DNA from: Candidatus Bilamarchaeaceae archaeon
GTDB lineage: Archaea; Micrarchaeota; Micrarchaeia; Anstonellales; Bilamarchaeaceae
NCBI GenBank assembly: GCA_038870635.1
Contig: JAVZJR010000001.1
Location: 90,133 to 154,132, forward strand
Length of the DNA stretch: 64,000 nucleotides
Direction: 5' to 3'
Shown here: piece after piece, positions 9,242 through 18,599 of the stretch
How the letters are laid out: the number at the start of each line of letters is the position of its first letter
How positions within the stretch are numbered: the first letter of the stretch is position 1
The notes under the pieces: model-generated
Database searches by the model: none
What the model saw: the letters and a program-made list of their open reading frames with translations, nothing else
Told to the model about the DNA's origin: nothing
Position numbers and translations under genes: made by a program

Positions 9242-9326
9242 GGCATTCGATACATCCCTCTCGATGAATTAGTAACGCGCCACAAACAGGACATTTTTCA
9301 AGTTTATGATTTTCGTTTTCTTCCAT
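9207..9326 (-). CDS. 39-aa zinc-ribbon micro-protein (CPVCG…CIECPKCG)
   Basis: ATG…TGA ORF below the track cutoff, read off the reverse strand; two CPxCG knuckles. Confidence 0.3.
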   Translation of the reverse strand: MEENENHKLEKCPVCGALLIHREGCIECPKCGWSACDFG

Positions 9327-9330
9327 ATAA

Positions 9331-9699
9331 TCATTTAAGAAGGCCGCCAAGCGACTTTATGCTTTTTATTATACCTTCTGATTTTGCCTTCCACCCTGCA
9401 AGGAAGCCTTTTAATTTTTCGGAGCCACGAAGTAATGATAAGATTTCACCAGCTGCATTTAGCATCTTTTTCTCTGAAGTAAAACTGCCGCCTTCATGGA
9501 GCACTCGAAGAAGTTCAGTAACTCCTGCTTTGGTATACATGTGTTCTCCTGTTTTGGGATCTATTTTATTTGTCCACTCTTTTACAAAAGCCTGTGCCTC
9601 CGGACTTTTTATAAATTCTTTAAAGGAGGAACCTCTTTCCTCTTTTTTTTCCTCAGGTTTAACCATTTCTTCTTTATAGATACCAAACCATTCAAGCAT
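9331..9699 (-). CDS. Hypothetical protein (122 aa)
   Basis: Track ORF 9331..9903 trimmed to the internal Met (MLEWFGIYKEE…) because the upstream 68 aa are low-complexity and overlap the start of the next gene. Confidence 0.35.
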   Translation of the reverse strand: MLEWFGIYKEEMVKPEEKKEERGSSFKEFIKSPEAQAFVKEWTNKIDPKTGEHMYTKAGVTELLRVLHEGGSFTSEKKMLNAAGEILSLLRGSEKLKGFLAGWKAKSEGIIKSIKSLGGLLK

Positions 9700-9766
9700 T
9701 ATGGTCACCTTATGCTTTGAGATAGGTATATTAAAATTTATAAATATTAACAGGTTTTGTTTAAAC

Positions 9767-10681
9767 ATGAAAAGTAGAATATACTTCCTAATGAGTATGC
9801 TAATCGTCTTTTTACTCTTAAGTGGTTGCATAAATATACCTACAAATGAAAAAGGAGTAGAAAAATACGAAAAACAAAATAATGAATTAAAAAATGAGGA
9901 CACTAAAGCGGTAAATACTCAAGAACAAAAAATTATAGATAACAAAACACAACAAACTGAGACAGATGAAAATAAATCAGTTTCAATTGAAGAAGAAATA
10001 AAGAAAACTAAAAAAAAGGAGATAAATTTCAAAACGAAAGATTCGTGGTTGATATATGGAGATATATATTATTCAAAAACAAAAGAGCCGCAAAAAGCAA
10101 TAGTTTTGCTTCATCAATTGGGGTCAGATAGAAATGATTACGCTTCACTCATACCGCCACTACAAGAAGCATTTCCAGAATACGATATAATAGCACTTGA
10201 TTTAAGAGGTCATGGCAAAAGTACAAACTTAGGCAGTTACAGCAACTTTGGGAGCGGTGATTATAAAGCGATGAAAAATGATGTTGAAGGGTTGAAAACT
10301 TATCTTGATGTAGAGAGACCAACAATAAAAGAATTTTACTTAGTAGGCTCAAGTATTGGAAGCTCAGTTGCGCTTGACTACGCAGCAAATAGCGGTTTTG
10401 TTAAAAAAGTGATAATGATATCGCCTGGTATTGCATACAAAAATTACAATATAAAAGAAGCTGCAAAAGATTATATGTACGGCTTGTACTTAGTAGCTGC
10501 AGAAGAAGATGATTACTCTGCTCAATCAGCAGAAGAGATATATCATTTATCTCCATCAGACTCAAAAGTCTTAAAGATATATTACAATATGGGAGCGCAT
10601 GGTATGGAGTTAAGTGAAAAAACAAAAAACGAAAGCGAGCCACTTAATAGTCTAATTATAAAATGGATTGGAAAAAACTAG
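9767..10681 (+). CDS. Secreted alpha/beta-hydrolase fold protein with lipobox-like signal peptide
   Basis: [21 protein letters not shown] signal/lipobox, LRGHGKS and GSSIGSS (GxSxG nucleophile elbow); start moved to the internal ATG. Confidence 0.55.
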   Translation: MKSRIYFLMSMLIVFLLLSGCINIPTNEKGVEKYEKQNNELKNEDTKAVNTQEQKIIDNKTQQTETDENKSVSIEEEIKKTKKKEINFKTKDSWLIYGDIYYSKTKEPQKAIVLLHQLGSDRNDYASLIPPLQEAFPEYDIIALDLRGHGKSTNLGSYSNFGSGDYKAMKNDVEGLKTYLDVERPTIKEFYLVGSSIGSSVALDYAANSGFVKKVIMISPGIAYKNYNIKEAAKDYMYGLYLVAAEEDDYSAQSAEEIYHLSPSDSKVLKIYYNMGAHGMELSEKTKNESEPLNSLIIKWIGKN

Positions 10682-11787
10682 AAGATGCCTAAAAACTTTT
10701 TACCACTTTCTTTTTCAAATTCTTCAAGAAGTTCTCTTTGCCTTTTAGATAATTTCTTTGGTATTTCTACTTTTATATGAATTTTGAGGTCTCCCCTGCC
10801 GCTTCTCTGAAGACGAGGCATTCCTAAACCTTTTAGAGAAATAGTATCTCCCGGTTGCGTGCCTGCGGGGATAGTTATTTTTTTCTTTCCATCTACAAGA
10901 GTTTGTATCTCAATTTCTTTTCCTAAAGCGGCTGCTGTAAAAGGAATCGTATACTCAGTAATAAGGTCATCACCTTGCCGAGAGAATAAAGGATGTTTTT
11001 TTATCCTAACATCGATATAAAGGTCACCATAGCCTCCTTTATCATATTCTCCGCCATTATCTATTCTTATTCGCATCCCATCGAATGCGCCCGCTGGTAT
11101 ACCAATAACCATTTTTTCTTTTTGTTTTTTTATACCACTGCCTTCGCAAGCGCGGCATATTTTTTCATGAATCTTTCCACTTCCACCACATTTACGACAA
11201 GTAGTAATGGCTTGAAAAGTCATTGGACCCATTCTTTTAGTAGAGCGTACCTGCCCCCTGCCGCCGCAATCAGGGCAAAGGCGTAAAGAAGAACCAGGTT
11301 CTGCACCACTTCCGTTGCATACGTCACAACGTTTGTTCCTTACAAATTCAACTGTATGACTTACTCCTCTGGCAGCATCTTCTAATGTTATTTGAACAGT
11401 AGCTTGAAGGTCTGCACCTTTTCTTGCTCGTGAACTTCTACTAAAGCCGAAAATATCAAATGGATTTTTGCCAAATCTTCCAAAAGGCCCAAAACCAAAC
11501 TCAGCGAAAAGATCTTCGAAATCAGAAAAGTCTGCACCTCTGAATATATCTTCCTGCGTATAGTATTGGCCAAAACCTTCATGACCATAGGTATCGTACT
11601 GCCTTCTCTTCTCATCATCGCTAAGTACAGCATAAGCTTCATTTATCTCTTTGAACTTTTCCTCTGCTTCTTTTGATTTGTTGCGATCAGGATGATATTG
11701 TAGCGCTAGCTTTCGATAGGCGTTCTTTATCTCTTCTTTAGTTGCGTTCCTTGAAACACCGAGAATTTCGTAATAATCTCTCTTCAT
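10678..11787 (-). CDS. dnaJ: Chaperone DnaJ (Hsp40)
   Basis: J-domain with HPD, G/F-rich region, four CxxCxGxG zinc-finger repeats. Confidence 0.9.
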   Translation of the reverse strand: MKRDYYEILGVSRNATKEEIKNAYRKLALQYHPDRNKSKEAEEKFKEINEAYAVLSDDEKRRQYDTYGHEGFGQYYTQEDIFRGADFSDFEDLFAEFGFGPFGRFGKNPFDIFGFSRSSRARKGADLQATVQITLEDAARGVSHTVEFVRNKRCDVCNGSGAEPGSSLRLCPDCGGRGQVRSTKRMGPMTFQAITTCRKCGGSGKIHEKICRACEGSGIKKQKEKMVIGIPAGAFDGMRIRIDNGGEYDKGGYGDLYIDVRIKKHPLFSRQGDDLITEYTIPFTAAALGKEIEIQTLVDGKKKITIPAGTQPGDTISLKGLGMPRLQRSGRGDLKIHIKVEIPKKLSKRQRELLEEFEKESGKKFLGIF

Positions 11788-11801
11788 TAATTCACTTCCT
11801 A

Positions 11802-13685
11802 TTAATTACTGTCTTCTGGCCTTTTTTGACCTCCAGTGCCATATCCCTCATAAGAGTTCCCCCCTGTATCGCCACTTGAGTAGCTACCACCTGCGCCAGG
11901 CCCAGGTCCTTCAGTACTGCCAAAACTTCCGCCGCCAGTGCTTTGCTGATAGAAAGAACCACCGATCTTTTCTAAAACTTTTTTAAGTTGGTCAGTTAAA
12001 TCATGAATCTTAGCTATGTCATCGCCTTTCATAGCCTCTAACAATTGCTCTTTTGCTTTTTTCACTTCATTCTTTTGCTCCTCTCCTATTTTATCCTTAA
12101 ACTCTTCTAGCATTTTATCTCCAGCGTATATGACAGATTCCGCATTATTTTTTGCCTGTGCAAGCTCATATTGTTTCTTATCTTGCTCTGCGTATTGCTC
12201 TGCCTCGCGCATTCTTTTTTGTATTTCCTCTTCGCTCATTTTGTGAGGCGCAACAATTTGTATTCTCTGTTCTTTACCAGTAGCCTTGTCTTTTGCTGAA
12301 ACATTTAGTATGCCATTGGCATCAATATCAAAAGTTACTTCTATCTGTGGAACGCCACGAGGAGCGGGGGGGATACCGGTAAGTGTGAAACGACCAAGTG
12401 AAATGTTATCTTTTGCCATTGGCCTCTCTCCCTGAAGCACGTGTATATCAACCGAAGTTTGAAAATCTGCAGCAGTAGTGAAGATTTGTGATTTTCTTGT
12501 AGGAATAGTGGTGTTTCTTTCGATAATCTTTGTCATTACGCCGCCAAGAGTTTCTATACCAAGAGTAAGCGGTGTTACATCAAGCAAAACAATATCTTTT
12601 ATTTCTCCTGAAAGGACTCCGCCTTGGATGGCCGCACCCATAGCAACACATTCCATTGGATCGATGCCGCGCTCCACTTTTTTGCCAACTATATCCTCAA
12701 CGAATTTTTGGATAATAGGCATTCGTGTAGGACCACCAACAAGTATAACTTTATCTATTTGACTCGGCATAAGTTTAGCGTCAGCTAGTGCACGCTCTAC
12801 AGGACCGCTGCAACGCTCTACGATTGGCCTAACAAGATCTTCGAGCTTGGCCCTTGTGAGTTTGTAAGTAAAGTGTTTAGGAGTATTGTTTACAGATGTT
12901 AGGAAAGGTAAATTTATTTCAGTCTCAAGCATTGTTGATAGCTCTATCTTTGCTTTTTCTGCAGCTTCCCATATCCTATTTACTGCTTGTTTATCATTTC
13001 TTATATCTACACCACTTTGTTTTCTGAATTCATCTATCAAGAACTCTGCGATTACTCTATCCATATCAGTTCCACCGAGTTGGGTATCTCCAGCAGTTGC
13101 TTTTACCTCAAAAACACCACCACCAAATTCCATTATAGTAACATCTAAAGTACCGCCACCTAAATCAAAAACCATTATCTTCATGTCTTTTCCAACTTTA
13201 TCAAGCCCGTAAGCAAGACAGGCAGCAGTAGGCTCATTAACTAAACGCACTACTTCTAAGCCAGCGATTCTTCCTGCATCTTTTGTTGCCTGCCTTTGAT
13301 TATCATTGAAGTAAGCGGGCACTGTTATAACTGCTTTTGTAACTGGTTCACCTAAATGAGCTTCTGCATCTTTTTTTATTTTCTGCAATATAAAAGCAGA
13401 GAGTTCTTGCGGCGTGTACTCTTTTCCTCTAATGTTGTAACGAAAAGTTGTTCCCATCTTACGTTTAAAACCAGTTACTGTTCCTTCTGGATTAGCGACA
13501 AGTTGTCTTTTTGCTGGCTCTCCAACAAGACGTTGACCATCTGCTGTAAAAGCTACATAACTGGGAAACGACTTTCCATAGAGTGATGTCCCTTCACTAC
13601 TTGGAATTATACGTGGTTTTCCACCATCTAAATAAGCTGCTGCACTATTTGAAGTTCCTAAATCTATCCCTATAATTCTACTCAT
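11802..13685 (-). CDS. dnaK: Chaperone DnaK (Hsp70)
   Basis: [29 protein letters not shown] signatures; GAGGTGAT SD. Confidence 0.95.
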   Translation of the reverse strand: MSRIIGIDLGTSNSAAAYLDGGKPRIIPSSEGTSLYGKSFPSYVAFTADGQRLVGEPAKRQLVANPEGTVTGFKRKMGTTFRYNIRGKEYTPQELSAFILQKIKKDAEAHLGEPVTKAVITVPAYFNDNQRQATKDAGRIAGLEVVRLVNEPTAACLAYGLDKVGKDMKIMVFDLGGGTLDVTIMEFGGGVFEVKATAGDTQLGGTDMDRVIAEFLIDEFRKQSGVDIRNDKQAVNRIWEAAEKAKIELSTMLETEINLPFLTSVNNTPKHFTYKLTRAKLEDLVRPIVERCSGPVERALADAKLMPSQIDKVILVGGPTRMPIIQKFVEDIVGKKVERGIDPMECVAMGAAIQGGVLSGEIKDIVLLDVTPLTLGIETLGGVMTKIIERNTTIPTRKSQIFTTAADFQTSVDIHVLQGERPMAKDNISLGRFTLTGIPPAPRGVPQIEVTFDIDANGILNVSAKDKATGKEQRIQIVAPHKMSEEEIQKRMREAEQYAEQDKKQYELAQAKNNAESVIYAGDKMLEEFKDKIGEEQKNEVKKAKEQLLEAMKGDDIAKIHDLTDQLKKVLEKIGGSFYQQSTGGGSFGSTEGPGPGAGGSYSSGDTGGNSYEGYGTGGQKRPEDSN

Positions 13686-13697
13686 AATATCACCTCT

Positions 13698-14221
13698 TTA
13701 ATTTTTTTCATTTTTATTATCATTACTTTTTCTACCTATTATCACTTTTGCATGGCGCAATACTTTTCCATTGAGAAGATAACCTTTTTGCACTACTGCC
13801 AAAATCTTTCCATCTTCTCCTTCTTCTGTTTTTACCGCTTCATGAAGATAAGGATCAAATCTACCGCTACTTAAATCCATTTCCTCTAAACCTTCTTTTT
13901 TTAATGTAGAAAAGAGATTTTTGTATACTAAATCCATACCGTGGCGAAATTCTTCTGCATTATTTTTCTGTTGTAAACCAAGTTCAAATTGATCCAAGAT
14001 AGGCAATATATTAAGAATTAAAGATGCTTTACTACTCTTTGCAAAGTCAACCTTTTCTTTTTCAGCTTTTTTTATGTAGTTATCAAAATCAGCATGAAGG
14101 CGCAAAAGCTTGTCCTCTAACTCTTTAAGGCGTTCCTCCAGCTTCTGCGCCCCTTCGTTGTCTTTTTCTTCATTCTGTTTTTTCTCTATTTTTTTCTCGT
14201 CGTTTTTTTCGCTGATAACAT
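13698..14221 (-). CDS. grpE: Nucleotide exchange factor GrpE (N-terminal ~39 aa requires a +1 correction in an A7 run)
   Basis: GrpE helix/beta core is in the ORF 13698..14105; the upstream in-frame sequence (…EGAQKLEERLKELEDKLLRLHADFDNY…) is GrpE-like but has no start codon, whereas an ATG overlapping the hsp20 stop (TGATG) sits in the +1 frame. Confidence 0.7.
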
Positions 14222-14658
14222 CACCTTACTTTTATTTCTTTCTTTGGTGCGCTTGCGGCTACTTTAGGCAAACTAATAGTCAACACGCCGTTTTTGAATT
14301 CGGCATCAACTTTATTTGGATCTATTTCTTCAGGTAAACCAAACACACGTTTGTATCCTGTATAACTTCGCTCGCAATAATAATAGTTCTTTTTCTTCTC
14401 CTCATCAACAATTTTTCGCTCTGCACTAACAGAAACTGAATTCTTGTCCGCAGTTATTTTTATGTCTTCTTTTTCAACTCCAGGCAATTCAACACGAAGC
14501 TCAAAAGAATTTCCCTTATCTACAAGATCACTTAATGGGCTTCTGATAGACCACTCTTTTCGCCCCACCGTCATAAAGTTTTCAAACAAGTCATCCATCT
14601 CTTCTTGCAGCTTTCTAATCCTTTCAAAAGGGTCATACAACCTTATTTCTCTTCTCAT
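14221..14658 (-). CDS. hsp20: Small heat-shock protein Hsp20 / alpha-crystallin family
   Basis: Alpha-crystallin domain (FELRVELPGVEKEDIKI…GVLTISLPK); GAGGTGAT SD. Confidence 0.85.
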   Translation of the reverse strand: MRREIRLYDPFERIRKLQEEMDDLFENFMTVGRKEWSIRSPLSDLVDKGNSFELRVELPGVEKEDIKITADKNSVSVSAERKIVDEEKKKNYYYCERSYTGYKRVFGLPEEIDPNKVDAEFKNGVLTISLPKVAASAPKKEIKVR

Positions 14659-14669
14659 ACAATCACCTC

Positions 14670-15146
14670 TTAATCCATACGCATTATTTCATTTTCTATC
14701 AAGCGTGCGATGCGTTTTATTTTTTCAAAACGGCGAAGTATTTCTTCTTCCAATTCTTCAATAGTATCATCTAATCGTTGTCTCTTAAGATAGTAATATC
14801 GTCCATGCTTTACAACAAGGCCGGATTTCATCAAAGTGTTTAAATGATAAACAACCGCGCCTTGCGTAACTTTACATCTTTCACTTATTTCAGCAGAACG
14901 GACACCACCATCACTTCTTTTTACGAGTTCTTTAAAAACTTCTTTTGCAACGCGATCATCTTCCTCACCAAAACCAAGACATTGAAATATCCATTCTATG
15001 TATTCCTCAGCATTTCTTCCACGTGGTTCTTGAACATCCTTTAGTATAATGGCCGCACATGGTTTTTTCCTGTATGCTGCTGCAGGGTTATCGTTTAGTT
15101 TTATAACTTTTAGTTTTTTTGGTCTTATCTTTTGGGAAGCGACCAT
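14670..15146 (-). CDS. Winged-helix transcriptional regulator, putative heat-shock operon regulator
   Basis: C-terminal wHTH (SAEISERCKVTQGAVVYHLNTLMKSGLV); first gene of the hsp20-grpE-dnaK-dnaJ strand. Confidence 0.5.
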   Translation of the reverse strand: MVASQKIRPKKLKVIKLNDNPAAAYRKKPCAAIILKDVQEPRGRNAEEYIEWIFQCLGFGEEDDRVAKEVFKELVKRSDGGVRSAEISERCKVTQGAVVYHLNTLMKSGLVVKHGRYYYLKRQRLDDTIEELEEEILRRFEKIKRIARLIENEIMRMD

Positions 15147-15173
15147 GAAAGAATTATAAAATGAAAAAATTTA

Positions 15174-15200
15174 AAAATGTTTTGAAAATTTTAACATTTT
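15174..15200. promoter_or_regulatory. Inverted repeat AAAATGTT-N11-AACATTTT in the promoter region upstream of the heat-shock regulator
   Basis: 8-bp perfect arms, read directly from the sequence. Confidence 0.25.
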
Positions 15201-15259
15201 ATTAAAATTTTTATAAAAATAATGCGAAAAATTATAAAAGTAGAACGAAAAAAAACAGC

Positions 15260-15823
15260 ATGAAAGAAAGAGTAGCAGGCTCCCTGTTGATTTTTGCATC
15301 TTTGCAGCTTTTCTTTAGCATAATCGTCTCCGAAGGTATGTATGAGGGATATCATACAAACAACAATATGATAAGCGATTTAGGTGTTGGTAAAACAGCA
15401 ATAATATTTAATACAGCAATGGTATTGCAAGGGTTGTGCGCAGCAATTGCCGCTTATTACATATTACAAATTTTCAAACAAAAAATAATTTTTTATACAA
15501 TGCTACTCTCTTCAATCGGTGCGATAATTGTCGGCATTTTTCCTGAAACAATCATAGCACCACATGCTGCTGGCGCCTTTTTAGTGTTCTTTTTTGGCGG
15601 AATTGCTGCCATACTTTCACAAAAATTTTTTCCTTCGACAACTCCTGTCTTCACTACACTTGGTGCCATTTCCATCTTATTTTTTCTACTCTTCTCACTT
15701 GCATGGTTTAATGGTTTAAAGTCAGGTGTTTTAGAGAGAATGATAGCGTACCCACTTATTTTTTGGGAATTTGGCGCGGGTATTATACTTCTCTATAATA
15801 GAGAAAATGCAAAAAACAAATAG
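15260..15823 (+). CDS. Polytopic membrane protein (about 6 TM), unknown function
   Basis: Hydrophobic-segment pattern only. Confidence 0.4.
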   Translation: MKERVAGSLLIFASLQLFFSIIVSEGMYEGYHTNNNMISDLGVGKTAIIFNTAMVLQGLCAAIAAYYILQIFKQKIIFYTMLLSSIGAIIVGIFPETIIAPHAAGAFLVFFFGGIAAILSQKFFPSTTPVFTTLGAISILFFLLFSLAWFNGLKSGVLERMIAYPLIFWEFGAGIILLYNRENAKNK

Positions 15824-15852
15824 CTTTTATTTTTAATTATCGATAGCAGAGT

Positions 15853-16785
15853 ATGCAACAAAAAATAAAAGACGAAATAAAAGACATAAAATCTCTAAAA
15901 ATACAAGGAGCGAGAAATGTTGCAAAAGCAGCGTTAGATGCTCTAATTTTGCAGGCAAGACTATCAAAAGCAAAAAACATCCATTATTATGTAAAAGAAC
16001 TAACAGCAGTAAAGGAAATTTTAGCTTACTCGAGACCAACGGAACCTATGATGAGAAACCTCTTAGATGACGCAATAGATTTCTTAGTCGTAGAATCAAA
16101 AAAAGTAAAAAGTATGGATGAATTGCGAGAGATCTTTGTAAGAAGAGAAAAAGAAGTTATAGAAAGATTAGACCAAGATGCTAAAAAAATATATGAATAT
16201 GGTGCAAGATTAATACCCAAAGGTTACACAGTAATGACGTATTGCCACAGTTCTACTGTGACTGGTATACTAAAAAAAGCAAGAGAAAAAGATAGAACAC
16301 TTAAAGTAATAGTGTGTGAAACAAGGCCGCGATACCAAGGAAGAATAACAGCAAAAGAGCTAGCAGAAGCTGGCATAGATACCACTCTTATAGTAGATGG
16401 TGCAGTAAATATGTTTATGAAAAAAACCGATCTTGTACTTGTTGGGGCAGATTCTGTTACAAGCAGGGGCGACCTCATAAATAAAGTCGGCACCTCCACA
16501 TTAGCCCATATAGCTAGAATGCATGATGTTTCTTTTTATTCTGCAGCAGAACTCTTTAAGTACAGTAGAAAAACATTTGAAGGAGAACTTGAAAAAATAG
16601 AAGAAAGAGATAAAAAAGAAGTATGGGAAGACGCCCCTAAAAAAGTAAAGATAAGGAATCCTGCTTTTGATGTCACTTCTGCAAAATACATCAATGGTTA
16701 TATAACAGAAGTTGGTGTAATCCCACCTCAATCTTTTTTTGCGCTAGCAACTGAAAAGTTAGGATTGAAAATATTTGGAAGGTGA
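15853..16785 (+). CDS. e2b2: eIF-2B alpha/beta/delta family isomerase, probably ribose-1,5-bisphosphate isomerase
   Basis: eIF2B-like fold with Cys (TYCHSSTV) and Asp (GADSV) at the catalytic positions; sits immediately upstream of AMP phosphorylase. Confidence 0.6.
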   Translation: MQQKIKDEIKDIKSLKIQGARNVAKAALDALILQARLSKAKNIHYYVKELTAVKEILAYSRPTEPMMRNLLDDAIDFLVVESKKVKSMDELREIFVRREKEVIERLDQDAKKIYEYGARLIPKGYTVMTYCHSSTVTGILKKAREKDRTLKVIVCETRPRYQGRITAKELAEAGIDTTLIVDGAVNMFMKKTDLVLVGADSVTSRGDLINKVGTSTLAHIARMHDVSFYSAAELFKYSRKTFEGELEKIEERDKKEVWEDAPKKVKIRNPAFDVTSAKYINGYITEVGVIPPQSFFALATEKLGLKIFGR

Positions 16786-16790
16786 GAAAG

Positions 16791-18407
16791 ATGGTAAATA
16801 AAAATAATGAAAATATAAATAACGATAAAAAGAAAAACGACAATAACAAAATTTTTGTAGAAAAAGAAACAACGAAAGTAGATGTTTGGAGAATAAAGAA
16901 ATATGTGTGTAAAGTAAAACCAATAGGAATTTATACAGGTAAAAACATAATAGTGCTAAACAAAACGCAAGCAATGGGACACGATATATACGAAGGCTAT
17001 CGAACAATATTGAAAAAAAATAGCACAGAAATAGTAGCAATAGTAGACGTTAGCGATGAGATAGTAAAACACGGAGAGGTTGGTGTTTATTCCGATATCG
17101 CAAAGGAATTTGGACTTAAAGAAGGTGACACAGTAGAAATAGTGCACATGGACCAACCTGATTCAATAGCATACATAAAAAAGAAATTAAATAAGGGAAC
17201 GCTTAGTGAGCATGAAATAAAAACAATAGTAAACGAAATAATGCGAAACGAATTAAGCGAAATAGAAGTGTCGGCTTGGATAACGGCTGCTTACATCAAT
17301 GGTTTTTCAGATGATGAGATAGTAGCACTAACTAATGCAACAGTGGAATCTGGAGAACGTTTGGAACTCGGAAAAAAACCAGTTGTAGATAAACATTGTA
17401 TAGGAGGAGTTGCTGGAAACAGAACTACCATGATAGTAACTCCAATAATAGCTGCCGCTGGTCTTTATATACCTAAAACATCTTCACGAGCGATAACATC
17501 CGCGGCTGGGACTGCAGACACAATGGAAGTTCTTTGCAATGTAACATTCAATATCCATGAGTTGAAAGAAATCGTACTAAAAACACATGGTGCGATGGTA
17601 TGGGGCGGCGGAATGAAACTTGCCCCTGTGGATGATAAACTCATAAGAATCAGACACCCATTAAGCTTGGATCCAGAGGGAATGTTATTGGCGAGCATAC
17701 TCGCGAAGAAGAAAGCAGTGGGCGCAGAATATGTTATAGTTGATATTCCAGTCGGACGCGGTGTTAAAGTACCATACTACGAAAAAGGACAAGAATTAGC
17801 TAAACATTTCCTTAGAATAGGAAATCAACTTAACATGAAATTAGAGGTTCTGATAACGGATGGTGCTGAACCTATAGGACAAGGTATCGGACCTGCATTA
17901 GAATGTATAGATGTTCTAAAAGTTTTATCTGGCGAAGGCCCAGAAGATCTTAAACACAAATCCCTTTTAATGGCTGGAAAATTGCTTGAGTTAACTGGTA
18001 AAGTAGGAAAAGATGAAGGTTACAAAGCAGCTGAAGAAATTCTACTTTCTGGGAAAGCGCTTAGGAAATTCTTAGAAATAGTAGAAGCGCAAGGCGGAAA
18101 CCCAAACGTAAAGATAACAGATATCCCTGTTGGTCAGTATACTTATACTGTAAAGGCTCAAACAAAAGGGACTATTTACCATATTGATAACCACACAATA
18201 GCAAAAATAGCAAGAATAGCAGGCGCACCCCGTTCGAAAGGTGCTGGCGTTTTACTTCATAAAGCACGAGGTGATAGAATAGTCCCTGGCGATCCATTAT
18301 TCACGATATATGCTGAAAGCGAGCAATCTTTAGATTATGCAATAAAGGCACTTGAAAAAATAGAACCAATAGAACTCAGAAAGATGCTTCTTGGCACAAT
18401 GATGTAA
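16791..18407 (+). CDS. deoA: AMP phosphorylase (thymidine phosphorylase family with N-terminal extension)
   Basis: DKHCIGGVAGN and SAAGTADT pyrimidine-nucleoside-phosphorylase motifs plus a ~90-aa N-terminal extension typical of archaeal AMPpase; GGAAGGTGAGA SD before the ATG. Confidence 0.7.
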   Translation: MVNKNNENINNDKKKNDNNKIFVEKETTKVDVWRIKKYVCKVKPIGIYTGKNIIVLNKTQAMGHDIYEGYRTILKKNSTEIVAIVDVSDEIVKHGEVGVYSDIAKEFGLKEGDTVEIVHMDQPDSIAYIKKKLNKGTLSEHEIKTIVNEIMRNELSEIEVSAWITAAYINGFSDDEIVALTNATVESGERLELGKKPVVDKHCIGGVAGNRTTMIVTPIIAAAGLYIPKTSSRAITSAAGTADTMEVLCNVTFNIHELKEIVLKTHGAMVWGGGMKLAPVDDKLIRIRHPLSLDPEGMLLASILAKKKAVGAEYVIVDIPVGRGVKVPYYEKGQELAKHFLRIGNQLNMKLEVLITDGAEPIGQGIGPALECIDVLKVLSGEGPEDLKHKSLLMAGKLLELTGKVGKDEGYKAAEEILLSGKALRKFLEIVEAQGGNPNVKITDIPVGQYTYTVKAQTKGTIYHIDNHTIAKIARIAGAPRSKGAGVLLHKARGDRIVPGDPLFTIYAESEQSLDYAIKALEKIEPIELRKMLLGTMM

Positions 18408-18444
18408 AGTTTAAAAAGAGTTGTAATAGTAATTTTCATACTAA

Positions 18445-18573
18445 CCCGACGTAGCTCAAAGTGGCGTATGCCCGAGCAATGGTAGAGCGATCGGCTGTAG
18501 TTTGTTTTCTCCATATGGAGAGATAGGTCGCTCAGAAACCGATAGGTTCCTGGTTCAAGTCCGGGCGTCGGGA
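18445..18573 (+). tRNA. tRNA-Tyr (GUA) with two introns (D-loop ~18460-18479 and canonical 37/38 ~18501-18537)
   Basis: Perfect 7-bp acceptor stem CCCGACG/CGTCGGG, discriminator A, T-arm CCTGG-TTCAAGT-CCGGG, anticodon stem ATCGG/CCGAT enclosing CTGTAG+intron+A; removing a 20-nt insert restores the canonical D-arm GCTCAATGGTAGAGC. Confidence 0.65.
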
Positions 18574-18581
18574 TTTTTTTA
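18574..18581 (+). terminator. Oligo-T run after tRNA-Tyr
   Basis: ttttttt directly 3' of the tRNA. Confidence 0.4.
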
Positions 18582-18599
18582 CTTTTAAGAAGTGGTATT

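Noticed and set aside
9331-9903. 190-aa form of the minus-strand ORF
   Set aside because: The N-terminal 68 aa are F/S/I-rich junk overlapping the promoter and start of the next gene; the internal Met gives a clean 122-aa protein.
12016-13586. Several 75-110-aa plus-strand ORFs inside dnaK (12016.., 12478.., 12886.., 13356..), and similar ones inside cdc48 (21934.., 22494.., 22627..), purH, hydA and alaS
   Set aside because: They are antisense to strongly supported conserved genes and have S/F/L-rich compositions typical of shadow ORFs.
14110-14337. Plus-strand 75-aa ORF in the hsp20-grpE junction
   Set aside because: Antisense to the GrpE-like N-terminal coding sequence and the hsp20 3' end; S/F-rich.
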